Shown here: in pieces, positions 1-8,102 of the stretch
How positions within the stretch are numbered: position 1 is the first letter of the stretch
How the letters are laid out: each line of letters opens with the position of its first letter
Notes under the pieces: model-generated
What the model was told of the DNA's origin: nothing
The model's database searches: none
What the model saw: only the letters and a program-made list of their open reading frames with translations
Assembly (NCBI GenBank): GCA_016840405.1
Contig: JAEOSK010000040.1
Span: 1 to 24,360, forward strand
From: Candidatus Hermodarchaeum yapensis
GTDB taxonomy: Archaea; Asgardarchaeota; Hermodarchaeia; Hermodarchaeales; Hermodarchaeaceae
Length of the DNA: 24,360 nt
Direction of reading: 5' to 3'
Position numbers and translations under genes: made by a program

Positions 1-2
1 TG

Positions 3-929
3 CGAAGTGTGTTGATTGTTAGGCATGGGATTCTGGTGGCGGAATGGTATTTTAATGACGGGGCGAGAGATAGGGCGTTTCATATTCATTCTTCTTCGAA
101 GAGTGTGCTGTCGGCAATATTCGGTATTGCCCACGAGATGGGCTACATTCCAGATCTCGACAAGAAGATGATGGATTATTTTCCTGAATATGAGTATCTC
201 AATCTTGATCCTTGGAAGTATAATATCACTATTCGTCATCTTCTGCAAATGAAAGGAGGGCTGGAATTTGATGATTCGGGCGCTTCTTGGCTTGAATATG
301 CTAGCAGTTCTGATTGGGTTAAATATGCCTTAGAATTACCGAAGAGCCATGATGCCGGTGAGGACTGGGATTACAGTACTCCCCAAACGAACCTCCTTTC
401 CGTGATTTTAACCAAGGCAACAGGGATGAGTACAAAGCAATTTGCAGACTTGTACTTATTTGGTCCTTTAGGAATCACGATAGCTCAGTGGTCTCAGGAC
501 CCTCAAGGATACTACACTGGCGGCCATGAAATGTATTTCACGCCACGAGATATGGCGAAATTCGGTCTGCTGTACTTAAACAACGGCACTCTAAATGAAG
601 AAGAAATTGTGTCCAAGGATTGGGTGTTGGAATCCATCCAAAATTACGAGTATGGAAACAGAATTGAAGATATTTTTCAGTATATTGAAACGAGCAGTGC
701 AGGTTATGGATACCAATGGTGGACAGCGACATTCTATGACCACTTCTGTTATATGGCAAGAGGATGTTGTGGACAAGTCATCTACTGTATTCCCGATTTT
801 GATTTGGTTGTCGTTACAACTGCCTGTGGCACAGTAATGGACGACCCAATCGTGTTCGACCAAATCGCTTACATTGATCGTTTTTTAATCAACTATATCT
901 TTCCAGCAATCAATGATTTTTGGAATTGA
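3..929 (+). CDS. Serine hydrolase, beta-lactamase class C / 6-aminohexanoate-dimer hydrolase-like (5' partial)
   Basis: SxxK motif (HSSSKS), 'ITIRHLLQMKGG', YxN-position motif 'WDYST', 'PRDMAKFGLLYLNNG', 'GYGYQWW' and 'ARGxxGQ'. The frame is open back to the window edge (CGA AGT GTG = R-S-V), so the true start lies upstream. Confidence 0.9.
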   Translation, partial: RSVLIVRHGILVAEWYFNDGARDRAFHIHSSSKSVLSAIFGIAHEMGYIPDLDKKMMDYFPEYEYLNLDPWKYNITIRHLLQMKGGLEFDDSGASWLEYASSSDWVKYALELPKSHDAGEDWDYSTPQTNLLSVILTKATGMSTKQFADLYLFGPLGITIAQWSQDPQGYYTGGHEMYFTPRDMAKFGLLYLNNGTLNEEEIVSKDWVLESIQNYEYGNRIEDIFQYIETSSAGYGYQWWTATFYDHFCYMARGCCGQVIYCIPDFDLVVVTTACGTVMDDPIVFDQIAYIDRFLINYIFPAINDFWN

Positions 930-931
930 TT

Positions 932-1807
932 TTATTCTGTACTTCTCTTGGTCAAGAATCGAAGATAAACACGTAGGTCACGAAACCGGATACGAAGGGC
1001 CGGTACTCTGTTTTGGTATTCAATGAAAGCCTCACCAAACCTTTCTCGAAGCTCTTTCTCCTCCACAAAAACAATGTGAACCAGAAAACCCACCAAGAAC
1101 ACTAAGAAAAGCACCAGAGAGTACACTGAGAAGCGAAGCCATAAACCCCCAAAAGCAAACAATAACACAGCTAAATATGTTGGATGACGAATCACCGAAT
1201 ATATCTCATGCTGTTGGATTTTTGACTCGGCAGGGTAGTAGAGGTATATCAACGCCATGTAATCAACTCCAAAGGTAAGCAAAGCACTTCTGACAGTTAA
1301 CATACCAAGAATTATGAAGAAGAAACTCCCAATAGTCCGTATTGCAGGATCAAAACCAACAGGCATACCAAAGAATGATAGGAAGGACTGAGATAACATG
1401 ACAGTTAGGGGATTTACGGGTATTCCAGTCGTAAGAATTTCTATTGGGACATAAATGTGAACGCAGATAGCTATGATCCAAGAGATTCCGAAAAATGCCC
1501 GGGGAAACACTTTCTGATACGCGAGTTCCCCCAGTTCTGCCACGTATCGGTTCTTACTATGCCAAACACTCCATATCAACCTGAAAGCAATTAACTGACA
1601 CAACAGCGCTCCAAGAATCGGGAGGATTGGCTCAATTAGCACCAAGATAGTAACTTGCGGAAAGATTCTTGCTACGGAATCAACAAGCAACATGAGGGAT
1701 AAAGCCGTAGCAAATGCCAGGAGGAGCACTAAACCTATTCCCACCGCCCCCCAACCCAAGTATCTGGGAATCTTCTCCTTCAGTATGTCCAGACCCTTTA
1801 AGCGCAT
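932..1807 (-). CDS. Isoprenylcysteine carboxyl methyltransferase (ICMT/Ste14) / PEMT-like integral membrane methyltransferase
   Basis: Multi-TM protein with the C-terminal family signature 'IYSVIRHPTY' ... 'EEKELRERFGEAFIEYQNRVP'. Confidence 0.8.
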   Translation of the reverse strand: MRLKGLDILKEKIPRYLGWGAVGIGLVLLLAFATALSLMLLVDSVARIFPQVTILVLIEPILPILGALLCQLIAFRLIWSVWHSKNRYVAELGELAYQKVFPRAFFGISWIIAICVHIYVPIEILTTGIPVNPLTVMLSQSFLSFFGMPVGFDPAIRTIGSFFFIILGMLTVRSALLTFGVDYMALIYLYYPAESKIQQHEIYSVIRHPTYLAVLLFAFGGLWLRFSVYSLVLFLVFLVGFLVHIVFVEEKELRERFGEAFIEYQNRVPALRIRFRDLRVYLRFLTKRSTE

Positions 1808-1919
1808 AATTGATCAGCAAAATGAAATACAATTGCCACATTTTAAAATTTTGAGTCATTTAACTAGGCTGATTATTTCATGGAATTGTTTTGAGCTGGA
1901 GTTGAAAGTGCTGTTCATG

Positions 1920-2546
1920 TTATTTGGGTTGGGTTCGGAATCGCCAAATGATGAATAATACAACAAGTAACGCCCACGTCATAAAAGAAAAGATGGAAAT
2001 CCATTCAATAATTGCACCTGAATCAGTACCGAAGAGCAATAAAAAAAGGACGAAGATGATGTTTAAGACTCCTAATACAAACCCGTAATAGCTGATTCCT
2101 TTTTCGTAGACTCCTTGCTTGAAGAGAATATAGTTCATTGAGAATAAGACGGGAATCCAGGTTGCGAAGATTAATAGACTAAAGATAAAATGCAGTTCGT
2201 AGATATCCTCACTGAATACTCCAGACATTATAATGGTAAACGCGTTGAACATCCCAATCGCTGTGGCGATGAGTAGAATCCGGTAATGCTTCGTATTCTT
2301 GTATGATGAAAAGATGCCCAGATATGTAAGAAGAAGCATCACTCCCGTCTGAATGACGGCTAGATTATAATAGCTGGCTCCAGTGGGATTTAGGCTGGAA
2401 TTTCCGAGTCGGCTTAAATATTCGGTAAATGGGTTAAAGAAGCCAGGATAGTGGAGAATTGACACATAGGTCAAACTACAATAGAGAATCGCACCAATAA
2501 GCCCGGGTAAAACTAGAAGCGTCCATTTCGATTGTTCTTTTGCCAT
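1920..2546 (-). CDS. DUF998 / Frag1-DRAM-like membrane protein
   Basis: About 6 hydrophobic segments; 'YPGFFNPFTEYLSRLG', 'GVFSED..LH' and a late 'IEW' match my recollection of the DUF998 pattern. Confidence 0.65.
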   Translation of the reverse strand: MAKEQSKWTLLVLPGLIGAILYCSLTYVSILHYPGFFNPFTEYLSRLGNSSLNPTGASYYNLAVIQTGVMLLLTYLGIFSSYKNTKHYRILLIATAIGMFNAFTIIMSGVFSEDIYELHFIFSLLIFATWIPVLFSMNYILFKQGVYEKGISYYGFVLGVLNIIFVLFLLLFGTDSGAIIEWISIFSFMTWALLVVLFIIWRFRTQPK

Positions 2547-2657
2547 CGAAGGATTTCCTCCTAGAACGAATTTGCCAAAACAAGCTAATCCTGTTTTTGG
2601 AGAGCTAGTTAAGCATATCCGTTGAGGAAACTCAGAGGCTTTTCTGTTTTCACATCA

Positions 2658-3650
2658 TTAGACCGAGGCTAGTCTAGGAAACAGCTCAAGTGCACCCTTT
2701 CGTGCAATTGATATCAGGTCTTCTTCATTGAAACCATCGAAGGTTTGCAGGTCTCTCAGGATGAGAGAGGCCATCAGCTTTGGTGCTGCGCCCAAATCGG
2801 TCCCGAGGACAATATGAGATGGATCTAGCAACTCATTGAGAGCACTCAGAGAGCTTTGGGCAGTTACAGCTGTTGTGTCATAATACATCTTCTGCAAAAG
2901 CTTCATGCCTGTGATAGGACCTTGTTTTCGAATTATCAGGTCATAGAGTGAACGTAGAACCTTGGTCTTGTCACGTTGTCGGTATTCCAGTACGCTGATT
3001 CTCCACGCAAGGTATGGGACTGTACCACCACCGTGTGAGAGAATATATCGGATGTGAGGATACCTGTCAAGTACTCCACTGTACACCATGTTCGTGACCG
3101 CTCGTGTTGTGTCAAAGGGCCACTCCAGGAACATCACGGGTACGTCTGGTTTTCGTATGTGTGCAAAGGGTGGATCGTGTGGATGAATAAAGACCACTGC
3201 CTTGCGTCTATTTAATTCAGCAAAGAATTCTTCGAGCTCAGGGTCGCCCAAGTACATGCCTTTCGAGTTGGATAATAGAGTGACTCCATCAAGATGTAGT
3301 TCATCAAATGCGTATTCAAGTTCTTCAAATGCTCCATCGATGTCTGGAAGAGGTACAGAGGCTAATCCGCCATAACGGCTGGGATAGGTCTTGATCAGCT
3401 CTGCGAGATAGATGTTGGTTGTTCGAGCGAATTTTCGGGAGAATTCGTTATCTTTGAAGTAGACTAGAGGTGCTGAGAGGACCGCTTTGTCGATTCCTAG
3501 CTTGTCCATGTCTGTGAGGCTTTTTTTGGGTCTCCATTTAGGAATGGGAATTCCGGATAACTCGGTGATGCCAATCTCTGCCAAGGCTTTCACATAATCG
3601 CTTGGAATGATATGATGATGTAAATCAATCCAACCAAAGTCATTAGACAT
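2658..3650 (-). CDS. Amidohydrolase-2 family metal-dependent hydrolase/decarboxylase (ACMSD / 6-methylsalicylate decarboxylase-like)
   Basis: N-terminal 'IDLHHH', 'FIHP', 'PFDTTRA', 'LSHGGG' and 'LGTD'. I chose the ATG at 3650 because GGTGA (SD-like) lies 5 nt upstream of it. Confidence 0.88.
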   Translation of the reverse strand: MSNDFGWIDLHHHIIPSDYVKALAEIGITELSGIPIPKWRPKKSLTDMDKLGIDKAVLSAPLVYFKDNEFSRKFARTTNIYLAELIKTYPSRYGGLASVPLPDIDGAFEELEYAFDELHLDGVTLLSNSKGMYLGDPELEEFFAELNRRKAVVFIHPHDPPFAHIRKPDVPVMFLEWPFDTTRAVTNMVYSGVLDRYPHIRYILSHGGGTVPYLAWRISVLEYRQRDKTKVLRSLYDLIIRKQGPITGMKLLQKMYYDTTAVTAQSSLSALNELLDPSHIVLGTDLGAAPKLMASLILRDLQTFDGFNEEDLISIARKGALELFPRLASV

Positions 3651-3665
3651 TTGTTTCACCAATTA

Positions 3666-3755
3666 AATTCGATTTCGACTCGAATTCTAATTGATTCAAA
3701 CTATTTCCCATTTATAAACTTAACGAATATGAATCGAATTCGAATTCTTTATAAC
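3666..3755. promoter_or_regulatory. Divergent promoter region with two TATA-like boxes and two candidate TetR operator palindromes
   Basis: AATTCGA-N7-TCGAATT at 3666-3686; overlapping palindromes TCGAATTCGA (3734-3743) and GAATTCGAATTC (3736-3747); TTTATAAA at 3711-3718; TTTATAAC at 3748-3755, 24 nt before the TetR ATG. Confidence 0.6.
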
Positions 3756-3779
3756 AGTAACTGCATATTTAACATCACA

Positions 3780-4400
3780 ATGAGAGAATCCAGGGCAAAA
3801 CAATCAATTATCAAAACAGCACGTAAGCTGATTGAAAAGAAAGGCTACTCCAACGTCAACGTGAACGAAGTGGCCTATGTTGCAAAGGTAAGCGTAGGTA
3901 CACTCTACTATCATTTTCCGAATGGAAAAGTTGACATCCTTGCAGAGATTATGTCGCAAAAGACTGCTGGATTTGTTGATGAGTTCAATCGACAATTGGG
4001 AGTGGAGAAAGTTCTTGAGAAAGGCATGAGCCTTGAAGACGCACTTCGTTGGATTTTCAAGAAAGTTTTAGAACTCCGTCGACCGGACCGACAGTTTCTT
4101 GCAGCGATTCAAAGTGAGATGTTCTCTAATCCAGACGATTACTCAATGTTTGTCAAGAAGTATCAGAGTACGGATGGACTACAACAAGCTATGAGTATCC
4201 TTTCTGAGTTCGTGGTGAAAACAGGAAAATCTGAAACGGATCGTCTGAGTAAGGTGGGAGATAAACTGGAGAGGATTCAGAGGGTCGTCGGGCTTATGAT
4301 GAACTTTCAGATCATGTTCCCAGGGTACTTTGGAAATGACGACGAGTTTATTGATTTAGCATTACGGATCTTCTTTGAAATTCTAGAGTCTAAAATCTGA
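3780..4400 (+). CDS. TetR/AcrR family transcriptional regulator
   Basis: N-terminal HTH 'IIKTARKLIEKKGYSNVNVNEVAYVAKVSVGTLYYHFPNGK'. The ATG at 3780 gives a typical ~206-aa protein; the longer ORF-track start overlaps the promoter. Confidence 0.92.
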   Translation: MRESRAKQSIIKTARKLIEKKGYSNVNVNEVAYVAKVSVGTLYYHFPNGKVDILAEIMSQKTAGFVDEFNRQLGVEKVLEKGMSLEDALRWIFKKVLELRRPDRQFLAAIQSEMFSNPDDYSMFVKKYQSTDGLQQAMSILSEFVVKTGKSETDRLSKVGDKLERIQRVVGLMMNFQIMFPGYFGNDDEFIDLALRIFFEILESKI

Positions 4401-4670
4401 AGTTTTTGTTAGAACAAGAATTTGCCCAATGTAAAGAGACTGTACTGCTAAATTTGTATCAAAGCGTACCCAATAGAAGTATGAAAAGAATTTCAGGAAG
4501 TTACAAATTTCAATGTCAAAGACGGTGGAAAGTGTTACTCCTATTTTTTTTAAAAATCAACGCTTTAAAATATCAAAGAAGTAATTATTAAACCTCACTT
4601 GTATACAGTAACTATTTATTCTTCTCTTACTATTCAATAGTGCCTTACTCTCCAGTGAGGGATATTCTAT

Positions 4671-7124
4671 ATGAAAATTCAAATTTCAAAAATCTTAATA
4701 GGTTTACTACTAGTGACACTTTTTCCGTTAGCTTTTGTACCCGCATTCAATGTTTCCTTTGCTAGTCCCATCTTCCATAATGTACCCCTAGCAACTGACA
4801 CCTATACTGAAGATTTCACCACGACGACCTACCGAAACCTTGGACAAACCACTACCTCAGGGTGGGGAAGCGGAATCGTAACGAATGCCCGAGGATACTC
4901 ATCTCAACTACTCGATTCGTTCATGACGCCCGGTGAAGTCATGTCAATCGATGTACAAGGACGAATACTCTATGCCTCAATTAACCAAAGTTCTCCCTCC
5001 AACGCCTTTGGAATATTTGATATCAATAATCCCACTGATATCAAACAAATGAGCACGCCGGGTTCTTGGGCATTTCAAGAACCGGTTGCGGTGTCAGGGG
5101 ACCTTGCTGCAATGGGCGGAGGATTACCTGGTAGTGAAGGAGTCGGACTCTACAATGTGACCGACCCGTTCAATCCGTCAATAATAATGCCCGCCATTTA
5201 CTTTGATGGAAACCTTACCGATCTCGAATATCAAGGCCATCATCTTTACCTGGCAAACTACGATTCACCTGGTTCACTCTCCTTTCGCGTCATCGACGTT
5301 GCAGATCCTAATTTACCTGTCTTGCTTCCAATGGGTTACCTTTCACCCAATGTCCATGGATTGACCGTAGAAGGCCATTTCGTCTACCTTGCTGAAGGAC
5401 TAACAGGTCTTAACATCATGAACATCACCAATCCCAAGACACCCACACCAGTGGATACCGTTAACACGCCGGGGTTTGCAATGGACGTGATCGTTGATGG
5501 CGGTCTCGCATTTGTGGCTGATGGAACTGGCGGAGTACAAATTGTTGACATCAGGAACCCAAGTTCTTCTTCAATCATCGGTGGTTATGATACCGCTGGT
5601 GAGGCTCGACACCTCGCACTTCAAGGTGACACCCTCTTTGTGGCTGACAGTGCCAATGGTCTTGTCGTCTTGGATGTTACTGATCCTACACACCCACTCC
5701 TTGTGGATACCATTGGAGTCAGTTATGCCTGGGATGTCGACTTATACGGAGAGATCGTTTGTATCGGTGGTGATGCAGGCATTTACACTTATCGTATCGG
5801 ACTTGGTATGGCAAATCTAGAAGTCATTGGCGTCTATGATGGCGGCTTTGATATTAAAGATGTCCGTGTCCAAGGAGACATAGCTTATGTCGCAGCAGGA
5901 ACCGATGGCTTCCTTACTGTTGATGTTAGCGATCCTGCCGCACCGGTTCTACTCGACCAATACACCACAAGTATTACTAATGCCATAAAACTCGATGTCC
6001 AAGGACATATCGTTGCAGTAATAGAAAATAGTTGGTTCCATTTATTCAATGTACTAGATCCAACAGACATTAGACTTTATGCGACCCTTCCTTTTGGTGG
6101 GGGCAGGGATGTCTTCCTTTGGGGAGAACTATGCTTCTACTCTTGGGAAGGACCTCCTGGGGGCGTTGGATATTATAATATCTCAAATCCCTATTCACCC
6201 ACATGGACTCAGTGGTCAGTTGGTTCAAATATCACTGCAATTTGGGTACAAGGATCTTACCTATACGCTGTTGATGACGTAGGTGGGTGGGGTAACAGTT
6301 TCTATATCTATGATATAAGCGACCTATCCAATTTCCAACAAATCGAAGTAGTGTTTCGTCTAGGTTATCACTATGATATCTTTGTCGATGGCAATGTCGC
6401 CTATTTTGCCGATGATGACCCTGTTGCTCCTGGATACGCTTCAGTTTTTAATATCACAGACCCGTTCAATACATTCCTAACAGAAGACTTGTATAATGAT
6501 ACACTTGGAGTGTGGGGATATGGGCCCTGGCTCATAACCGCAGATCAACAAGATGGTGTATCCTTACATAATACTACAGATCTCAGTTCTGCAAATACCT
6601 TGTTTACAGAGTCAAGTGTCACCGCTGCTCGGGCTGTAACTATTCATGGTAATTACGCTTATGTTGCTAATACCACAAATCTTGTCATCTTACACCTTGT
6701 TCGCGCAGCTGGAAACACGTATGGACTTGGCACTAATGTCGCCACATCGCTTGAAGTAGATTCAACCACGGAAACTATTGAAAACGCCACACTTACCTAT
6801 GTCGCTCTAGAGCCCACAGGAACCTCAATTAGCTTCGATATGTCTGCCGACGGTGGATCCACTTGGGAATCCGTCACACCTGGTTTACTGCACACTTTTG
6901 CAACTCCAGGGAATGATTTACGCTGGCGATCACATCTCACTACCCCCTCTATCGACCGTAGTGTTCGACTCGCATCTATCAACATCAATTATGAATATGT
7001 CGAACCGCCACCCACAACACCTCCACCACCTCCACCGATTCCCGGCTTCCCCATCGAGGCCATCGCCCTTGGAGCTCTCATCGCGCTTGGTGGCGGTATA
7101 GTCTATCGTCGTCGGAAGCGGTAA
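4671..7124 (+). CDS. Secreted LVIVD-repeat surface protein (14 repeats, probable double 7-bladed beta-propeller) with PGF-CTERM-like sorting tail
   Basis: N-terminal signal peptide; 14 repeats such as 'DVIVDGGLAFVADGTGGVQIVDIRNP' and 'LVVLDVTDP'; Pro/Thr linker; tail 'IPGFP'-TM helix-'RRRKR'. Confidence 0.88.
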   Translation: MKIQISKILIGLLLVTLFPLAFVPAFNVSFASPIFHNVPLATDTYTEDFTTTTYRNLGQTTTSGWGSGIVTNARGYSSQLLDSFMTPGEVMSIDVQGRILYASINQSSPSNAFGIFDINNPTDIKQMSTPGSWAFQEPVAVSGDLAAMGGGLPGSEGVGLYNVTDPFNPSIIMPAIYFDGNLTDLEYQGHHLYLANYDSPGSLSFRVIDVADPNLPVLLPMGYLSPNVHGLTVEGHFVYLAEGLTGLNIMNITNPKTPTPVDTVNTPGFAMDVIVDGGLAFVADGTGGVQIVDIRNPSSSSIIGGYDTAGEARHLALQGDTLFVADSANGLVVLDVTDPTHPLLVDTIGVSYAWDVDLYGEIVCIGGDAGIYTYRIGLGMANLEVIGVYDGGFDIKDVRVQGDIAYVAAGTDGFLTVDVSDPAAPVLLDQYTTSITNAIKLDVQGHIVAVIENSWFHLFNVLDPTDIRLYATLPFGGGRDVFLWGELCFYSWEGPPGGVGYYNISNPYSPTWTQWSVGSNITAIWVQGSYLYAVDDVGGWGNSFYIYDISDLSNFQQIEVVFRLGYHYDIFVDGNVAYFADDDPVAPGYASVFNITDPFNTFLTEDLYNDTLGVWGYGPWLITADQQDGVSLHNTTDLSSANTLFTESSVTAARAVTIHGNYAYVANTTNLVILHLVRAAGNTYGLGTNVATSLEVDSTTETIENATLTYVALEPTGTSISFDMSADGGSTWESVTPGLLHTFATPGNDLRWRSHLTTPSIDRSVRLASININYEYVEPPPTTPPPPPPIPGFPIEAIALGALIALGGGIVYRRRKR

Positions 7125-7140
7125 CCTCCGCTTCCCCTCC
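7101..7140 (+). repeat. 40-bp perfect direct repeat, copy 1 (copy 2 at 10812-10851), spanning the stop codon and 3' UTR of the LVIVD gene
   Basis: GTCTATCGTCGTCGGAAGCGGTAACCTCCGCTTCCCCTCC occurs at both sites. Confidence 0.95.
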
Positions 7141-7150
7141 TTTCTTTTTT
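7114..7150 (+). terminator. Stop-codon-overlapping hairpin plus T-tract
   Basis: GGAAGCGG (7114-7121), loop TAACCT containing the stop, CCGCTTCC (7128-7135), then CCTCCTTTCTTTTTT. Confidence 0.6.
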
Positions 7151-7164
7151 CTTATGTTGAACAT

Positions 7165-7207
7165 GAAAAAGATTTCACCGGCGGGTCAACCGTGATAGGA
7201 ACCCGCC
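7165..7207 (-). terminator. GC-rich hairpin downstream of the minus-strand HEAT / 70-aa ORFs
   Basis: GGCGGGT (7180-7186) and ACCCGCC (7201-7207) form a 7-bp inverted repeat with a 14-nt loop, followed on the minus strand by a T5 run (AAAAA at 7166-7170). Confidence 0.4.
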
Positions 7208-7249
7208 AATGTGCGGAAATCCCTAATAGGCACTCAGCAAGACACGGGG

Positions 7250-7462
7250 TTATTTCGTCACTGTCAAGGTGGATAAAGCATTGTCGACTTCCTCAGTTGC
7301 CATGGCGCCACTGAGAACCTCAACGATAACGTCTAGGGTTTTCACCGGTTCAATCCGAAGGACACAGGTAAAAAGGGTTTCCAGACCCATCTCGGTGGCA
7401 ATGAGATCTCGTACCATCAGATGCGAGTTAATTTTTGTGTTCAAAATGAATCGGATAGCCAT
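7250..7462 (-). CDS. Small hypothetical protein (70 aa), in frame with and 3 nt downstream of the HEAT gene
   Basis: ATG begins 3 nt after the HEAT TAG and the ORF fills the gap before the hairpin; no recognisable motif. Confidence 0.3.
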   Translation of the reverse strand: MAIRFILNTKINSHLMVRDLIATEMGLETLFTCVLRIEPVKTLDVIVEVLSGAMATEEVDNALSTLTVTK

Positions 7463-7465
7463 TTT

Positions 7466-7957
7466 CTATTTCTGTTGCCGGATTTGGATAAGGGCACGGT
7501 CAATGGTTTGACGGAGTAACGGGTTCCAATCGCGTCGCCGTAATTGTTGGAGTGGTTCGTTGGCTCGCGGATCGGCTAATTCGCCAAGTGCAAAGGCCGC
7601 ACCGATACGGACTTCAAGATTGGAATCATTGAGTCGATCGATGAGGGGCAGCACTGCTTCCTTGTCTCCTAGGCGACCAAGTTCGCGACAAGCTACCATT
7701 CGTGCACCCGGATCATGGCTACGGAGCCGAATGAGTACGGGAGCGAGAACCCAATCTGCACCGACTTCTTCGAAGGCTTTTACCATAGCTTTGCGAACGG
7801 CTGGAGCGTTATCGTGCATGGCGATCCCGAGGGCTTCATAGGCTCGTCCATTACGCATGGCTCCGAGTTTTGAGACCGCACGGGCACGTTCCTTGGCGTC
7901 GGGGTGGGTTTGGAGAATTTCTGTAAGTGCCGGGATGTCATTGGGAGTAGTCAACAC
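7466..7957 (-). CDS. HEAT-repeat (PBS lyase HEAT-like) protein
   Basis: Tandem repeats 'ERARAVSKLG', 'VRKAMVKAFE', 'ARMVACRELGRLGDKEAVLPLIDRLND' and 'VRIGAAFALGELADPRANEPL'. Confidence 0.88.
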   Translation of the reverse strand: MLTTPNDIPALTEILQTHPDAKERARAVSKLGAMRNGRAYEALGIAMHDNAPAVRKAMVKAFEEVGADWVLAPVLIRLRSHDPGARMVACRELGRLGDKEAVLPLIDRLNDSNLEVRIGAAFALGELADPRANEPLQQLRRRDWNPLLRQTIDRALIQIRQQK

Positions 7958-8102
7958 TTCTGCCCCAGTGATGTATTTCGCAGTTATCTTCTCATTACTG
8001 TGGTAAATACCAAACGGTTTGTTGTTTTTTACCTGTTTGGAAGTAGGTTTTTATTTGGTGATACGGTATTATGGTAAACCACATTTCCGTGAGGGATATC
8101 AC

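Noticed and set aside
3-929. Calling the first gene an antibiotic-resistance beta-lactamase
   Set aside because: The motifs (YST, ARG) fit the broad esterase/amidase branch rather than AmpC (YxN, KTG).
3651-3779. 43-aa N-terminal extension of TetR in the ORF track
   Set aside because: It overlaps the divergent promoter and operators; ATG 3780 gives the normal TetR N-terminus.
4406-4591. 61-aa ORF between TetR and the first LVIVD gene
   Set aside because: TTG start, AT-rich promoter-like DNA, no motif.
4655-4665. GTGAGGGATAT shared upstream of both LVIVD genes as a specific regulator site
   Set aside because: A similar GAGGGAT precedes the proline racemase start, so it is more simply a ribosome-binding site.
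8019-8102. N-terminal extension of the second LVIVD protein
   Set aside because: GTG 8103 has the same upstream SD-like 11-mer as the paralog and places the signal peptide at the N-terminus.
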